Shown: one piece after another, positions 1 to 64,000 of the stretch
Position numbering within the stretch: the stretch's first letter is position 1
Layout of the letters: each line of letters starts with the position of its first letter
DNA from: Paraspadella gotoi
Taxonomy: Eukaryota > Animalia > Chaetognatha
Assembly (NCBI GenBank): GCA_051294375.1
Contig: CM119263.1
Span: 1,913,740 to 1,977,739, forward strand
Length of the DNA: 64,000 nucleotides
Direction of reading: 5' to 3'
Made by a program: the position numbers and the translations under genes
Notes under the pieces: model-generated
The model's database searches: none
Seen by the model: the letters and a program-made list of their open reading frames with translations, nothing else
What the model was told of the DNA's origin: nothing

Positions 1-41887
<41,887 letters not shown>

Positions 41888-41920
41888 AGAAAGAAAAACA
41901 AAGGAAAACGAGAAAGTCAA

Positions 41921-41967
<47 letters not shown>

Positions 41968-44957
41968 TTTCTCCCTTTATTTTTCCCTCCACCGTCATTT
42001 TAGCACAAAAAATGAAATTGGATTATTTCAAAAAAAAAAAAAAAAAAAAAACATCCGGACACTTCGCGAAACGGATTGACATTTACAAAAAAATAATAAT
42101 AACAATAATAAACAATAATCATCGTTTTGTTATCGACATTGAAATCGCATCGCAGTGATGCAAGTTTATTTTTATAATAAAAACGAACAAAAGATGAAAA
42201 TAACTAGCGTCGCAATAAAAGCCTTCATATTTCTGGGGGAAAACAACAACAAAATAGAAAAAAAGGAAAGAAAATCAAAATTGATTTAAAAAAAAAACGA
42301 AATCGGAAATGAAGAGGCAAAGAAATTCGGGCGGATGCGCTTCTCCCTTCTCTACTCCCCACCCCTGCTTCCTTTTCCCCCCCCCTAGCGTCACTCCCCC
42401 CCCCCCGACCCCCGAAAACCCTAAAGAGAATTAAACCTTCCCTCTCTATAATTATGCATGGCACAAACAAAAAAAAAAATTATTATTTTTTGCGGCGGAA
42501 CGGAGTTGGCAGCTGTGACAATATGGACGAATTCTAGCCTATGTTTATTTCTATTTTTTTGTTTATTTTTAAAATTTTATAAATTGAAAAGAAATCTCTC
42601 CAAATTCATTAAAATTTGGCTGTTGCGATGACCTTGACAATGACCTTGACCTAGATATGCCATATTGACACAACTCGCCTCTTTTTCCCGGTTCTTTCGG
42701 CCTTTTTCGCTTCTGATCTGAAAGAAAAACGTTTTCTGGAGAAAAAAAAGTCGAGATCCAAACTTAAGGGGAAGATGAATTTTGGATGCTTAAGGGGACG
42801 ATGGATTTGGGATGCTTTTTTGCTACACATATTCACGAAATCTTTAAACGGCATATCTGACCAAATATAATAGTCAATCTTTGAATGCTTTATAATTGAT
42901 TTGCGGGTGGTTGGGCAAATTTATTAATATGTATGAAACTGTTTAGTGATGACTTAATTACATGTTTTGAGTTTCTGTATTTTATACTTTAAATTTAAAT
43001 TCAGGCAATATTAAAAAATATTATATTAATAAAAGTTAAACAAAACATGTAATCTTTAATGATATGAATAAAAAAATTTGCCCTACCAATCAAGCATATC
43101 AGTCTATGGGAGAATCTTATCGAAGTAGTCCATCGTAATATCATTATTTACTATTGCATAATGAACATATTGATTTAGTAATATTTTCAAATAATTCTAC
43201 GTGTTTTAATATCAAACTTTAATATTTTCAGATACTGATCGAGATTATTAATGCATTGTTAATTTATTGCCTAAGAATATTTGAATTATAATACTTTTTT
43301 TTTGCACATATTTTGATAAAAACACAGACATATCATGTTTCAATACTTTGATTTTATGTTACATTAATTGGACCAATGTAATTATATTCTGACGATTATA
43401 GGATAAAGTAATATTTTTCTCGATTACTTAATGGGGTGGTCACCAGGGCACTTTTGTGGACTTGAACAAAAATAATGGTATCAATATTATTGTATAGTGC
43501 TCGTACAATTGTTCCCTTCCATAATTATATTTATTTTAAAAATAAAGCTTGGCAAATTATGCTTTTTGTTAGTAGACCTTTCTTTAGTTCGAGGCATTAT
43601 TCAAATGAAGAAAATTAACTTGGTAACTGTGCCCAATTGACCAGCGTGTTACTTAATCAAAAATGCCTCATTACTTATTAGAGCAAATTATAAATCGCTA
43701 TTACTGATTTGAGAGTATTTTCAAAATAATTAAATGTTGATAAATTATGGAGGATAGCAGATTTTAAAAAAAATTTGCCCTTATACGTACATATCGAGAA
43801 AAGATAAATTATTTTTGCATGTAATGATGTTAAAAAGCATTTCTAAATACACCAGTAGAGAGTCTTAAATTTTTTTTTAAACCTGGAATACGAATAAAGA
43901 AGTTTTCAAAAAAATTTCTCTTCCAAAAAATCAAGACTTCCAATAAAAAAACACATTTTTAAAAAAATTTAATCAATTAAAAAAAAATATTCGTACTTTA
44001 ATTATCAAATTATAACTTTGATGCTTATTTCATGAGACGGCGTAGAAAGGATACAAGAATGTATGTGCTGCAAAAATGTATCAAAAACCGATGGGTGTAT
44101 TTTCTTTATCAAAATTCTTTTTTTATAACTACGCTCAGACTTTTTAAATGACATATCACGGTTTCATTAACTTTTTTGTATTTTTTGTAACCGAAAGTAT
44201 TAGAGGCAAAAAAAAAAAAAATGGACGCGCTGCTAATTTGTGAGAAAGCGTTTTTCTTCGAAATCCCTTTTTGCTCTATTTTCCTTGGCGTCAAATCCCA
44301 GAGCGCCGCATAGCGGGTAAAATCCACGTCAAAAATACGTTCTCTCTCTCTCTCTCTCTCTTCCTCTCTCTTCTCTCTCCTCTCTCTCTCTCTTCTCAAT
44401 TCCTGCATCTGCCATAATCCTCGCTATCACCCTCCACAGTTGTTTTTGTTATTTGGAGCATTAACTTACCTTTACAAGTTATCTATTTATGGGAATGCCT
44501 CTATTAGTTTCCCTTCGAAATACCGTTTTTTCCCTCGTTCGAACGATTTTAAAAGAAACAATAGCGAAAAATAAGAAATAAACCTGATGTATGAAAAAAA
44601 ATTGCAAGTTATTTACAAATCTTTACATTAACAGTTAGAAGCTGCGTTTGACAGCTAGAATTGATTGAATTTAGAAGTAACAATCGTTGTTGCTACAACA
44701 ACAACAACAACCACAACAACAACAACAACAAAAACCGGAAAATTAAATAAAGCCAAGAAGATAATTCTCGGAAAAGAATCTTTTACTCGGAAAAGATGTT
44801 TGGTTGATGAAAATATGAAATTGAGTGAGAAAATCGACTTCCACCTACGGAAATGGAATAACCCCCGCCCCGATTCTCAGATCTCCCCCCTCGCTTCCTT
44901 TCTTTCCTTTTGACCTCGAGAGATCGAAAATCAATTATTAACGAGGAAGGAAACTCG

Positions 44958-44995
<38 letters not shown>

Positions 44996-45044
44996 CCACT
45001 CTATAACTCCAGAACACGTTCACGCACTGTAAGAAAAAGAAATT

Positions 45045-45091
<47 letters not shown>

Positions 45092-45456
45092 GCCGGGAAT
45101 CTTTCCACTAAAATCTTCTCTCTCTTATCTTTCCATTTCGCCTCTTTCTTTTTTTTACTCTTTTTCTGCTTTTTTTCTGCTTTTACATTATCTTCGCTCA
45201 AGCTCATCTTTACTTTATCCCCGACTACGTACTTTTGAGATCTTCTGCTCCGTGTTCCCTGTGGTCAGTGGGTCAGGCAGTTGTTCTGACCTTTATTTGC
45301 TCCGGCTGTCGAGAGGACCGGTCGGTCAGTCGCCTCTCTCTCTCCATCCCAGTCTTCGTCTTCATTTGCAAGCGCAACCCATAAACTCGCTCCTCTGCCC
45401 TCATATTCCTCCGCCTGCACAACTCGAGGGAAAGTCTGGGGAATTTTCTCTTTCTT

Positions 45457-45487
<31 letters not shown>

Positions 45488-45963
45488 TAATGGAAGATGA
45501 TAAGGATATTCGGCACTTTGTTGCTTGATGAGAATAAAGAGAAAAAAGAAGGAAAAGAAAAAAAAAGGAAAAAAAATAAGAAGGAGAATTTGAAAAAAAA
45601 TCAAATCAGTGGGAAAATAAATGAGCCTTTTCCCAATAATGCCCCATTTCATCCTAAATTCAGAATTTTTTTAGTTAAAGATAAGTTAGGAAGTTAGGGT
45701 GTCGCCTTTATTACTAGTTCCTGTAATAACTGACGATTATTTTTAGCCTAATATATTAATGGAGGATTAAGTATTCACTACAGTTATATTAAATAAGGTA
45801 AAACGAAAAGAAATAAAACGGGAGAAGGTACAATTTGTTAACCGTGAGTGAGAGAGATTGAGGGAGAGTTTCCAACAAAGGGCTGAGTAAAGGACAGTGG
45901 CCAGATGAGAGGACAGGTGATGGTAAGAACAGAGAAGAAGATAATTTTGAAATGGTGAAAAGT

Positions 45964-46011
<48 letters not shown>

Positions 46012-46399
46012 ATTACACTTTAGCACTTTAATAATCTGACAAGGGTTATGAATTAGGTCAGGGATTAGGTTAAAGATTAGGGTTAGAAATTAGGCTACAA
46101 GTTTAAAACTATGTTTGGGTTAAATATTAAGGTTAAAATCAAATTCATGGATAAAGAAACAAAAAGGGGTTCCCTCGGAAAAGAGAGCCAAATAATGAAT
46201 GGGAAAAAAACAGGAACGATAATTCAAATGTGTTGCGCCACAAAAACTTTCTTTTCACGTATATTTTTTATGACACGGAGTGCATTGGAATCTTGTCTTT
46301 TATTCTTTAATGTCTTAATATTTCCTGAATGCGGCGCTAGCAGTCACTTAGATTTGAGTTTTTTCATATCTTAACAAATGAGCAATCAACTATATGCAT

Positions 46400-46496
46400 T
46401 TTGAACATAAGTGTGACTGACCGACGGACCGACCGACAGACCGACTGAAAAGTGACTCATAAAGTTGCTCCGCGAGTACTCGCGGCTCAACTAAAA
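46400..46496 (-). mobile_element. HINE/DINE-1-like (Helentron-associated) element end; related fragments at ~18480-18522, ~39580-39700 and ~54184-54240
   Basis: T-run, then a palindromic hairpin (CCGCGAGTACTCGCGG), then (GTCG/GTCC)n tetramer repeats. Confidence 0.5.
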
Positions 46497-47168
46497 ATAA
46501 AATTATCCTTTTGAGGCGACGTGTAAGGTCCTTTAACGAAGCGAAGATAATCAGATGGGCGGGATAGGGACAGACGGACAAGATAGTAAGACCGAATGAA
46601 AGTGAAATAGATGGATTGTAAAAAATAGACAGAACGGAAAAAATGCGTTTTAAAGAAAAAAAAAACATTTTTCGTATAATTTTCTAGGTTGGATTTTTCA
46701 GTCTATCCTCGTTGGCGATAAAAATTTACGGGCTGAACTATACGAGCACGAAAAATAACATCGCATACATGAAAGTTGCTGTCTGAAAGGGTTTTTTTTA
46801 TTCTTTCTCTTTTGACGGTTTTCTGAAAAAATATGAAAAAAAAAATTTCGAATGAAAAGAAGAATAGTTTTATTATTAATTATTTTTGGGTTGCAATTAA
46901 ATGAATGTTGAAGCTCATGCGATCGTGAATGATACGATAAATGAATAAATAATTTGATCGAAAGCTTTTAAGGAAGAACTATTAAAATATGTATGAGTAG
47001 TTATACTAATCAGTTCACGATTAATACCTTATAGTACGGTATTTAAAATATTGTTGCCTATAGCATATAATGACATTTGTACGTAACTGTAAACTAGTGA
47101 GGGAGTATGATCATAGAAATCTATATACTTTAATCCAAAGAGATTTTAAAAAGAGAAAAAGTGATTCC

Positions 47169-55285
<8,117 letters not shown>

Positions 55286-55779
55286 CTGGAGCAAGATGGC
55301 CGCCGTTGAGAGGAGCGGGGGAAGAAGAGAAAAGAAGATCTTATTTATCACCGCAATTGGAGCTTGCAGGGTCCGGCGAGGTTATTATCTCGTACACAAG
55401 TGTGACGGAGGCCTTAAACCACCATAGCCAGTCCAAAGTCAGGGGCAAGATAGCTTATTTATTCAATGAATGTTTAATTTTATATTTATTGTACCGATTG
55501 ACCAATAATCCCTCGCAGTCCCTCGTAGGACGAATGCCTGTCAACTCAAGTCAATCATCACTCGAGCAAATTTAATGCATTGAAGGAAGCTTCTCCAATT
55601 TTTTTCCTTTTAATGAGATAATAAATGAAACAATTTTCTTTTTTTAATTATATTTTTGGCACAAAAAAAATTGATTTGATATCGAAACAATTTTTTTTCT
55701 TTGGCATCTAGATTTCTCTCCTGATGGAAAGTTGACAAGTCTTTGTTGTTGACGTCATTGTGAGACGTCATTTTACGTC

Positions 55780-56110
55780 ATCGTTAGACGTGTCAGCGAA
55801 TGAGGGTCGATGTCATAAAGTGAGGGTTGATGTCAGCGAGGGAGGGATGATGTCATAAAGTGGGGGTTCATGGCATCGAATGCAGGATTGACATAAAGTG
55901 AGGGCTGATGTCATTGATTGGTGGATGATGTCATTAAGTAAGGGTAGATGTCATGGAGTGAGGGTTGGTGTCATAGAGTGAGGCTCGATGTCATAAAGTG
56001 AAGTTAGATGTCATCGAATAAGGGTTGACGAATAACGGTTGACGTTATCGAATAAAAGTTGACATCATCCAGTGAGAGTCGATGTCATCCAGTGAGAGTC
56101 AACGTCACCG
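55780..56110. repeat. ~20-bp degenerate minisatellite (GATGTCATAAAGTGAGGGTT)
   Basis: Tandem periodicity. Confidence 0.75.
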
Positions 56111-56791
56111 CATATTCGATTCACGTTTCACGAAGATAAGATTCGAAATGAGTTTCTTTTTTTTCTTTTTTTCTTTTTTTTCTTTTTTCATCGAACAAAA
56201 GATTTTGATTCGACTGAAGAAGAAAAGAAGATTTGAGTGACGAAGCGAATGAAGATCGAATTCAGTCACGTGATCGGGTCACGTGATCGAGGCTTTGATT
56301 GTGGATGGCGTGGGATCGGTTTTGTGGGTGAGTTCGTGGGCAGGAGAGGTGGGCGGATGATTGATTCTTGTGGGTAGAGAGGTAGTTTGTATCAACGATA
56401 ATCCATAATGGGTTTCTGCTATTGTTATTGTTTGTAGTAAATCACAAAAGTTAGTGTCTGTTTTTTTTTAATTCATGAGATGTTTATATCTTTTTTTTTC
56501 TTCCGTATTACACTATATTACCTTATTTCATTATTATATTGCTATATATTACTTAAAAGTCATTTTTTCATCTTATCGGATTCCGAATCCCGCCCTCGGA
56601 AATCTCACTTCGCTGAATCGCAAAACTCCTTCATCAACGAGGGAAGAGAGAGGCAGAGGCGACGGAATAGAGAGGAGAGCAGAGAGAGAAAGAGGAGAGC
56701 AGGAGAGACGAGAGGGAGAGAGGGGGAGGAGAGAGAGAGAGAAAGAGAGAGCATAATGATGAGAGAATGAGACAGAGAGAGAGAGAGAAGA

Positions 56792-56829
<38 letters not shown>

Positions 56830-57507
56830 TTTCAAGACGTCCAAGATTACTTAGGTTCGTTGACCTCGAAAATTGGGAACACAATGAAATGAATCCATTT
56901 ATTGAATGGAATTAATTGTACAATGTGGCATTCTTATTTATATGGAGAAAGAAAAAAATATATATATTATTATTTCACAATCCATCACATTCAATGTGAT
57001 GGGGTGTGATGCCCAACACTTTTTTTTTCACGAATCGATTTCGTGAATATTTTCCTCGACGTCTCGTCCCTCGTGAAACGTTGCCCTCGATTCTCACGTG
57101 AATTCTCTGATTCTATTTTTTCTTCGTCTCACAAGTTTTCACGTCATGCCGGGTGAGTTCTCTCTCACAACATTTTTTCTTGTTTTTCACTGACGTGAAA
57201 TGTTTGTTTTTATTTGGTCCTCACCTCATATTTTATCACCCTACTCGACCACGAGGCATCGGAGGACGAGTTAAAATTGAGCCTGGATGAGAATCAAGCA
57301 GCGAAAAAAAAACTCTTATTTCATTTTATTTTTATCACAAAAAAAAATAAAGAAAAACGAAACTAAGTATTTTCGCTTTCTTTCCAGCCAAACATCCCCC
57401 CGCCCCCCCCCTCTTGAGTGACACGCCCCTCGAAAAAAAATAAAATATAGGAGAGGTTTACCCTTCATTTCCCCCTTTACGATTATGCAAATGGTTTTTC
57501 TTAGTTT

Positions 57508-57566
<59 letters not shown>

Positions 57567-58434
57567 ATCTCTCTCTTCCCTCTTCTCTCTCTCTCTCTCT
57601 CTCTTCTCCCTTCTCTCTCTCTCTCCTCTCTCTCTCCCGCACTTCTGCATCAGGCGACAAGTTTTTCGCGTTCAAACGCGTTTTTCGTTTCGCGCAAAGA
57701 TTTTCTTGTTGTCGTTGTTATTGTCGTCGTTGTTATTGTTGTGAAACTTGTTGTCGCTCTTGTCTCCTTTATCGTCTTAATTGTCAGAAACCTCTATTAT
57801 ATGCTCATACATACTCGTTATAAGCAGTCCTCATTAGAATTCGTTACGGTTGATTCAGAGGAAACGATTTGAATAAAAGAATATTCAATGTATTGTATAA
57901 AGAGTAGATAATTTAACTAATATGTCTTATGTCAGTCATAATCAAAGTTATAAGTATAAGAAGAGAAATTAAAAAATACAAATAATCCTTTAGATAAAAT
58001 GAATAAACCCAGGTATAACGTACTTAAACTGTTTTAAAAATTTAAAACTTCAAATAAAGAAACAATTTAATAAAGCTTTATTAAATATAAAGTTTACATA
58101 ATCAGTCAATTGATTTAACAAAGAAGAGGGTTTAAAAAAAAATTACTTAAGCGATCCAGATTCGTCTCATCCTTGCATTCTGTAAAAAGAAGCTTCATAC
58201 GACTGTTCGGGATGTCATCACCGTCATAGTCAAATGGAGCATAGCTTCATCTCTGAACCCACAGATAAAAAAATATATATACCAGACCCACGTGGCACAC
58301 TAAGTGTGGGGGATATCCACATACCACACCGACATAGGAGCATGAAGAACACCTCGCCTCTTGGTTTCTCGTTTAACTTAAACTTCCCCCCGTCATTTTT
58401 ACCAAATGTTAGATTTTTAATTATCGTTGACGCG

Positions 58435-58484
<50 letters not shown>

Positions 58485-59966
58485 TTCCGCTGCCGCTGCC
58501 GCTTCCGCCGCCGCTTCTGCTCCCGTCCGCCGCCAACCGTCAATCTTCATCTCGTCGAGAAAAGAGACGCAATTATTGTTTTTTCCTCGATTCTATAAGC
58601 GAATCGAGTCTGGAGAATGAAATACGGACCGACAAGCGGACCGACAAACAGACCGACAAACAGACCGACAAGCAAACAAACAGGAAGACCGACCGAGCCG
58701 ACGCCCGACAGTCGAAGAAAACAATATTTTTCCTTCATTAATAATTTTTTTTTTTTCATTTCGCTCCGCTGCCTCTTAACCGGAAGAAATGATTCGCAGG
58801 CAGACTAGTGGCGACGACTTGCGCTGGATTAGAATACGAAATTAAATTGGAGAGAAAAGAAAACAAATGAACACTGGGAGGGGATTCGAGAAACGTGGGA
58901 ATATTAATGTATCGCTCTTCTCTCTCTTTTTCTCCCGTCTTGATTCCACGTAGTAATACTATTTTTTTATAATTATTTTAAACAACAAGATTAATCAATT
59001 TGCTAATTTTCTGCACGAAAGTGTACTAAGCAATTAACAAATTTTTTTTTACGACGTCTTCCAGTGGCTAATAGATTATTAAATAAATAAATAAATAAAT
59101 AAATAATAAATAAAAGTACTTCTTTTGTGGCAAAGGCAGGACCCGTTTCACTCTACTCGTCCCGGGTACAAAAGCAAAAAAAAAGGATTTAAAAAGAAAA
59201 AAAAAAGAAAAGAATGCGCGAGAATTTGCGCAGGCGGAACTAATTGGGGAAAATTGAGTGATCAATCACGCGGACCGGAAATCACAGCGTGAAACAAAGA
59301 GAAGGGAAGGCATCACGGAACAAAGGAAAGTGTGAAAGGGAAAAAGTGATTGACGGAGAAGAAGGGGCAGGTCGCCGCAGGTAGAAAACTGACGGGGTTC
59401 ATTACAAATGAGATTGAGTTCTTCAATCTCATTTACATATTGTAGCAGTTTAGATAATTTTTTTCATATCCTTTGATACGGTTTTCATAGTAGTCTTATT
59501 TTACGATTTTAGCAATACTTTTTCAGGCTTCGGATTTAGAAGTAAAGGAAAAGTCATAAGTTGAAGGTTATAAACTTGAAATAAAAAAATTTATGAAAGC
59601 AGAACATTATAATTAAAAGCAGACCAAAAAAATGAGCTTGAGACTCACGCAATTGTAGCGGACGTGAAAAACGATAATCATCGGTCGTGAAACAATGAAA
59701 CAATGAAACAATGAAACGAATGAAACGAATGAAAAATGAATAAAAAATCGATGAAAACAGAAGCGAAAGGTTAAAAAAAAAACCAAAAAAAAACAAAAAC
59801 AATTCGTCGGAAACCATAACCGTTTTGTTTATATTTTGTTTTTGTTTTTTTTTACTTTTTCTTTCTTTCTTTCTTTCTTTTCTGCTTCATTTTTTTGGGG
59901 AACCCAATCCTATCGTTTCGACTGCGTGATTTTTATCTTCGCTTTTATTGACGCGATACTGATCAG

Positions 59967-60024
<58 letters not shown>

Positions 60025-60492
60025 TATCTTTATCCCTTCTCTCTTTCCTCCATTTCTCCCCTCTTCCCCTTCCCTCCTCCCCCTCCAATGGAGGGCCTCC
60101 ATCTTTCCCCCATTCCTCCTCCCCTTCTCCTTCACCTCCACCTCCTCTTCATTTCGCATCCTTTAGGGAAAAACAAAACGAAATTATGCTCCGTTTTTAT
60201 TTTCGCTTCAAAATTGGATTAAAGCGGTTTTTTTTCGGCTCGACGCGCGCCAACTGTTCCGATCGAAAAACTGTCACCTCACCGCCATCCTTCCTCCTCA
60301 CGCCGGCCTTCCACACCCCTCTCTCTTCCTCTCTTCTCCCTCCCTTCTTCCATTGCGTAGAAAATTTGGGGTGTTGACGTGCCGGCATCAAATATCGAGT
60401 TCGCTGACAAACTTTGCTGCCCCAAAAAATAATAATATTCCCCCTGGGAAAGGGCCTATGCTAAGTCGCCTCACCGGCTTCGCCCGGGTCGA

Positions 60493-60791
60493 AAGCATTG
60501 CAAAGCATCGCTACGGTGCAATGCCAAGCATCGCTACGGTGCAATGCCAAGCATCGTTATGGTGCAATGCCAAGCATCGTTACGGAGCAATGCCAAGCAT
60601 CGTTACAGAGCAATGCCAAGCATCGTTACGGTGCAATGCCAAGCATCGTTACGGAGCAATGCCAAGCATCGTTACGGTGCAATGCCAAGCATCGTTACGG
60701 TGCAATGGCAAGCATCGTTACGGTGCAATGCCAAGCATCGTTACGGTGCAATGCCAAGCATCGTTACGGTGCAATGCCAAGCATCGTTACG
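60493..60791. repeat. 23-bp minisatellite (TGCAATGCCAAGCATCGTTACGG), about 13 copies
   Basis: Highly homogeneous tandem units. Confidence 0.92.
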
Positions 60792-62644
60792 CCGCCCCCG
60801 ATGCCACGGTTGCCGCTGATTGGCACCTGATGGCAGCCGAATGTCGATTATTGCACATGGAAGTCCGACTTTGATGGAATCGAAATCCCGGGAAAATTTT
60901 TATGTCGCTCATTGCGATGGAGTTTTTGAGTTTGAACGACTTTTTTTCTCGACGGTTAACGGAAATTCGAGCTGAATTGAGTCAAAATTGTTTTAGAGAC
61001 ATTTTATGTGCTAAATAGACTAATTAGACTCATATCAATGAAGTATCATTTAAAACAAAGACCTTTTAATAAAGTCCAAAAAGTGATCAACGGCTTCTGT
61101 CTCTCGAAATACTTCATAAGTACCTACCATATAAAGTAAAAAACGCTACTTTTCGAGAACCTGATTTTACTGTCTGTCAATAAGTCAAATGCCAGTGTCA
61201 GAACGATCAAATAAATGTATTGTGAAGTGTTCAAAACCTTTAACAGTGTCAATTGATGATCAATAAATGACTAATTATTTCAATCTTCATTTCAATTAAT
61301 TACTTACTAATCTGGCAAGTGAGCAATGACCGTTTTCATGAAACCGCTATTTTGTTGAAATTAACCCCGCCGGCTCCGCGCTTCCTCTTCTAAAACGTCT
61401 ATCGCCAAATTCTAACTGCCTAGATACGCGTGTAAACAATGGTAACTAAGTACAAAACGCGTCACGTACAACGCTTAGCGACTATTCGGCACACTCCCCC
61501 CGGTCGACCATAACGACCGAATAGTCACACACGCGGGAGCCAGCTCTTCGCCCGTCGGCAATGTAAAGCTTGCGATTGTCTGTTCATGACGACCAGGTGG
61601 ACAAATCCGCGTCTCCTCCCCCGTTTCCGGTCATTCCCCGTCCCCGATCTGAGTTCCGATCCCCTTGTTCGCTTCCCCTTGCGTCAGCGTCTCGCGTCTC
61701 CACGTCGTGCCCCATGTTGCAGGTAAGATGGCGTCGGCTCGCGTTGTCCTCGTCGCCTGCTACGCCTGTTTTTCGCCATTTCGATCAAGCGTCGCTTGGC
61801 TTCGTCACCTTGACGACGCCTCTGCACCATGTCGTGATGTCCCGTTTTCTTGGATCGGCACTCTGCGTCATCCCCCGTTCGATCCACATCGAAGCGTCTC
61901 GTCCTCTCGCGGCGGCGCCCGGCATCGTCTCCTCGACGACGCCTGGGACTTCCGCCGAGACTCTTTGTTCGTTGAAGGCCTTTCGGTGAGTATCGCCGAT
62001 TCGGGTCTTGTGGCATCCGGCATCATCACGCGTTGATCTTCGTCTCTCTTTCGGTCTTGACATCGTCTCTTTGCGCACTTCCGGTCGTCGACTTGGCTGG
62101 AACCATGTCTGTGTGCGTGTGTGTGCATAACGAGTGCTTGTGTGCAGTTCGAAACCGACCATTATAAGTTCTTTACTCGGGCAATTCCTCCCCCCTTTTT
62201 GCACTCAAAAATTATTTTGTTTGTTTTTTCAGGTCACTGTTTAAAGTAAATTGAATTCGATTAATGACAAATGCATAGTAATTATAAATAAACAATGCAA
62301 TTTAATTCATTTTGATTCGCACCGTACCGAACGTTTCGGCCTCGTCACGCTCAACGTGGCCCTCGTCAATTAATAATAACAATAACATGAACGACACGTT
62401 TCTTTTAACAGAGTTTTTTATCACGTAAATTGGTTTAATGTTCGTTTGAATCTAGATTCTTCTTTTTCGAGTTGAGTCTTTGGCCCAACTTGGATAATTT
62501 TCCCGTCTTGGCGGCGGTGGTGGCGGTGAAGGCGGCGGAGGCGCGGAGATGCTACTGGTTGCAGCCTCGGTAGTTTCTGCTTCTTGAACGCGCCGCTTTT
62601 GTGCGTGGCGGCGATTTCGTCAGCGACTCTTTTCCCGGTGGAGG

Positions 62645-63679
62645 TCAAAACGCTGCAAGCCGTGGACTTTTATCTGGTGACGGAGATCTCGGGTAAGGGC
62701 AGGATAACTTCTCTACTCTGTCCTGTAGTTTCCCGCAAGCTTGTGACCATAGCCTTTCCGTATTCGCTCGTTTTTTCTCCGCCTCCGTCCTCACTATTTC
62801 CAGCTTGATTTCTGCTTCGATTCTTTTTTCTGTTTCTTTCTTTAAATTTTCTTTCAATTCCTCGATCTGTCTCCTCAGCTCCGCTTTCTCGAACTCCCCT
62901 TTCGTTATTTCTTGTGTCTTCCTTTTTTCTCTTAACTCCATCAGTTCCCATTCTCTTCCGTCTACCTTTGACTGCGTTGACGCATCCGCTATCTCCCTGA
63001 ATGTGTCCGCATTGTCGTCGTTTGTTCTTTTCGTTGACTCTTTGTTTGTCACCGTCGTTGTTGTTTTCGTTTTCGCGAATTTCACTGCTGGACTTGCGTC
63101 GTCGAAAACTACGATTCGTGTCGACGTTGTTGAAGTCATCGTCGTCGTTGCTGGCGGCGTGGACTTTGGCGGTTGTTTGTTGTCCGTTGGCGTCGTCGGT
63201 GATGCTTCGTCCGCTGTCGGTCTCAACATTCTCGCTTTTCTGTCCAGCGAATCTTTGTCGGCGCCGCTCCGTATCATCTCGATGAGTTCCTCGAAATCTT
63301 TTTCTGTCCAGCCTCGTGCTCTGGCTGCGCGTCTCCATCCCTTTTTGATTCTGTAAATCATGGTCTTCTTTTCCTTCGGCGCCACGAAATCGGCCATGAA
63401 ATATTTTTCGTCGCCTGATCCGACGACGATGGGCACGCTGAAGTCGTTTAGCGCCCGACGGTGAGGTGGCAGCTCCGCTCGTTTTAAAAACTGCGCCGTG
63501 AAGTCCTCTTCTGGTTCCGGTTCACTTTGTTTTTGTTTCGGCGGCGTCGGTATGACGATTTCGTTGATTGACGTCGAGCTTCCCGCAATTGTCTCTAGAC
63601 TGTTGCTCGCCAAGTCTCGTGCGAATGGAAGGGCGCCGTAAACTTGTTCCTTCTCTTCTTCTGTCGGGTTCCACCACAT
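62645..63679 (-). CDS. Orphan intronless 344-aa ORF with Thr/Pro-rich linker and C-terminal coiled-coil (possibly transposon or virus derived)
   Basis: Long complex ORF; the frame is open about 23 codons further upstream; heptad-like ELRRQIEELKENLKKETEKRIEAEIKLE; no family recognised. Confidence 0.5.
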   Translation of the reverse strand: MWWNPTEEEKEQVYGALPFARDLASNSLETIAGSSTSINEIVIPTPPKQKQSEPEPEEDFTAQFLKRAELPPHRRALNDFSVPIVVGSGDEKYFMADFVAPKEKKTMIYRIKKGWRRAARARGWTEKDFEELIEMIRSGADKDSLDRKARMLRPTADEASPTTPTDNKQPPKSTPPATTTMTSTTSTRIVVFDDASPAVKFAKTKTTTTVTNKESTKRTNDDNADTFREIADASTQSKVDGREWELMELREKRKTQEITKGEFEKAELRRQIEELKENLKKETEKRIEAEIKLEIVRTEAEKKRANTERLWSQACGKLQDRVEKLSCPYPRSPSPDKSPRLAAF

Positions 63680-64000
63680 CGCAACTTCGTCGCCATCTAG
63701 TAGCCCGTAATCGTTGGGTTCGACCCGATCGAAGTTTCCATTTTTGTTTTAAAAGTCAACTATTTAATGTTTAATATATAAATGTTTATTTGTTGACTTT
63801 CGTTTCAATTTAATGTCCTGTAAGAACGGTTAAAGTATATGCGGTAATCAATACGTAATTCATGCAACAGTCGAATTATTTATTGGCAATTGATACACGA
63901 TTTAAAACTGAATTGTTCTTCTTTCACTTTCCGTAAACAAATTCTCAGTCCTTCGAAAGCGTTTTCTTCCTCTCCTTGCGCTTCCTTTTTTCACTTCAGC

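Noticed and set aside
60353-60874. 173-aa repeat ORF
   Set aside because: Open mainly because the 23-bp unit lacks stops in all + frames; no recognisable domain.
55290-64000. Upstream olfactomedin, collagen or Ig exons
   Set aside because: Searched the - strand for GAW..D and Gly-X-Y patterns without success; islands at ~58150-58400 could not be assigned.

Overview
AT-rich, microsatellite-laden animal (invertebrate-looking) genomic DNA with several assembly gaps. Most ORFs in the supplied track are low-complexity artefacts. Three spliced genes can be built by hand. (1) A + strand tandem-C2 synaptotagmin-like gene runs from upstream of the window to 41887, with very large introns and degenerate Ca2+-binding loops. 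(2) A - strand olfactomedin-domain gene of the colmedin/gliomedin type (CG6867/UNC-122-like) has its last four exons at 55285-47169; its 5' exons were not found. (3) A complete + strand non-alpha nicotinic acetylcholine receptor subunit (Drosophila beta1/UNC-29/LEV-1-like, 49148-52984, about 755 aa) lies wholly inside a 7 kb intron of the olfactomedin gene, on the opposite strand. This receptor has an unusual extracellular C-terminal extension of about 240 aa, with four Cys, N-glycosylation sequons, an RKRR furin site, a charged coiled-coil and a terminal Gly. Exon ends and donor splice sites in two genes are amplified into minisatellites. A ~7.3 kb tandem duplication looks like long-read gap-fill or haplotype redundancy. 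Also present: tRNA-derived SINEs, MITEs, an LTR+PBS relic, hammerhead-like relics and an orphan coiled-coil ORF. All homology calls are from remembered family motifs; no searches were run.
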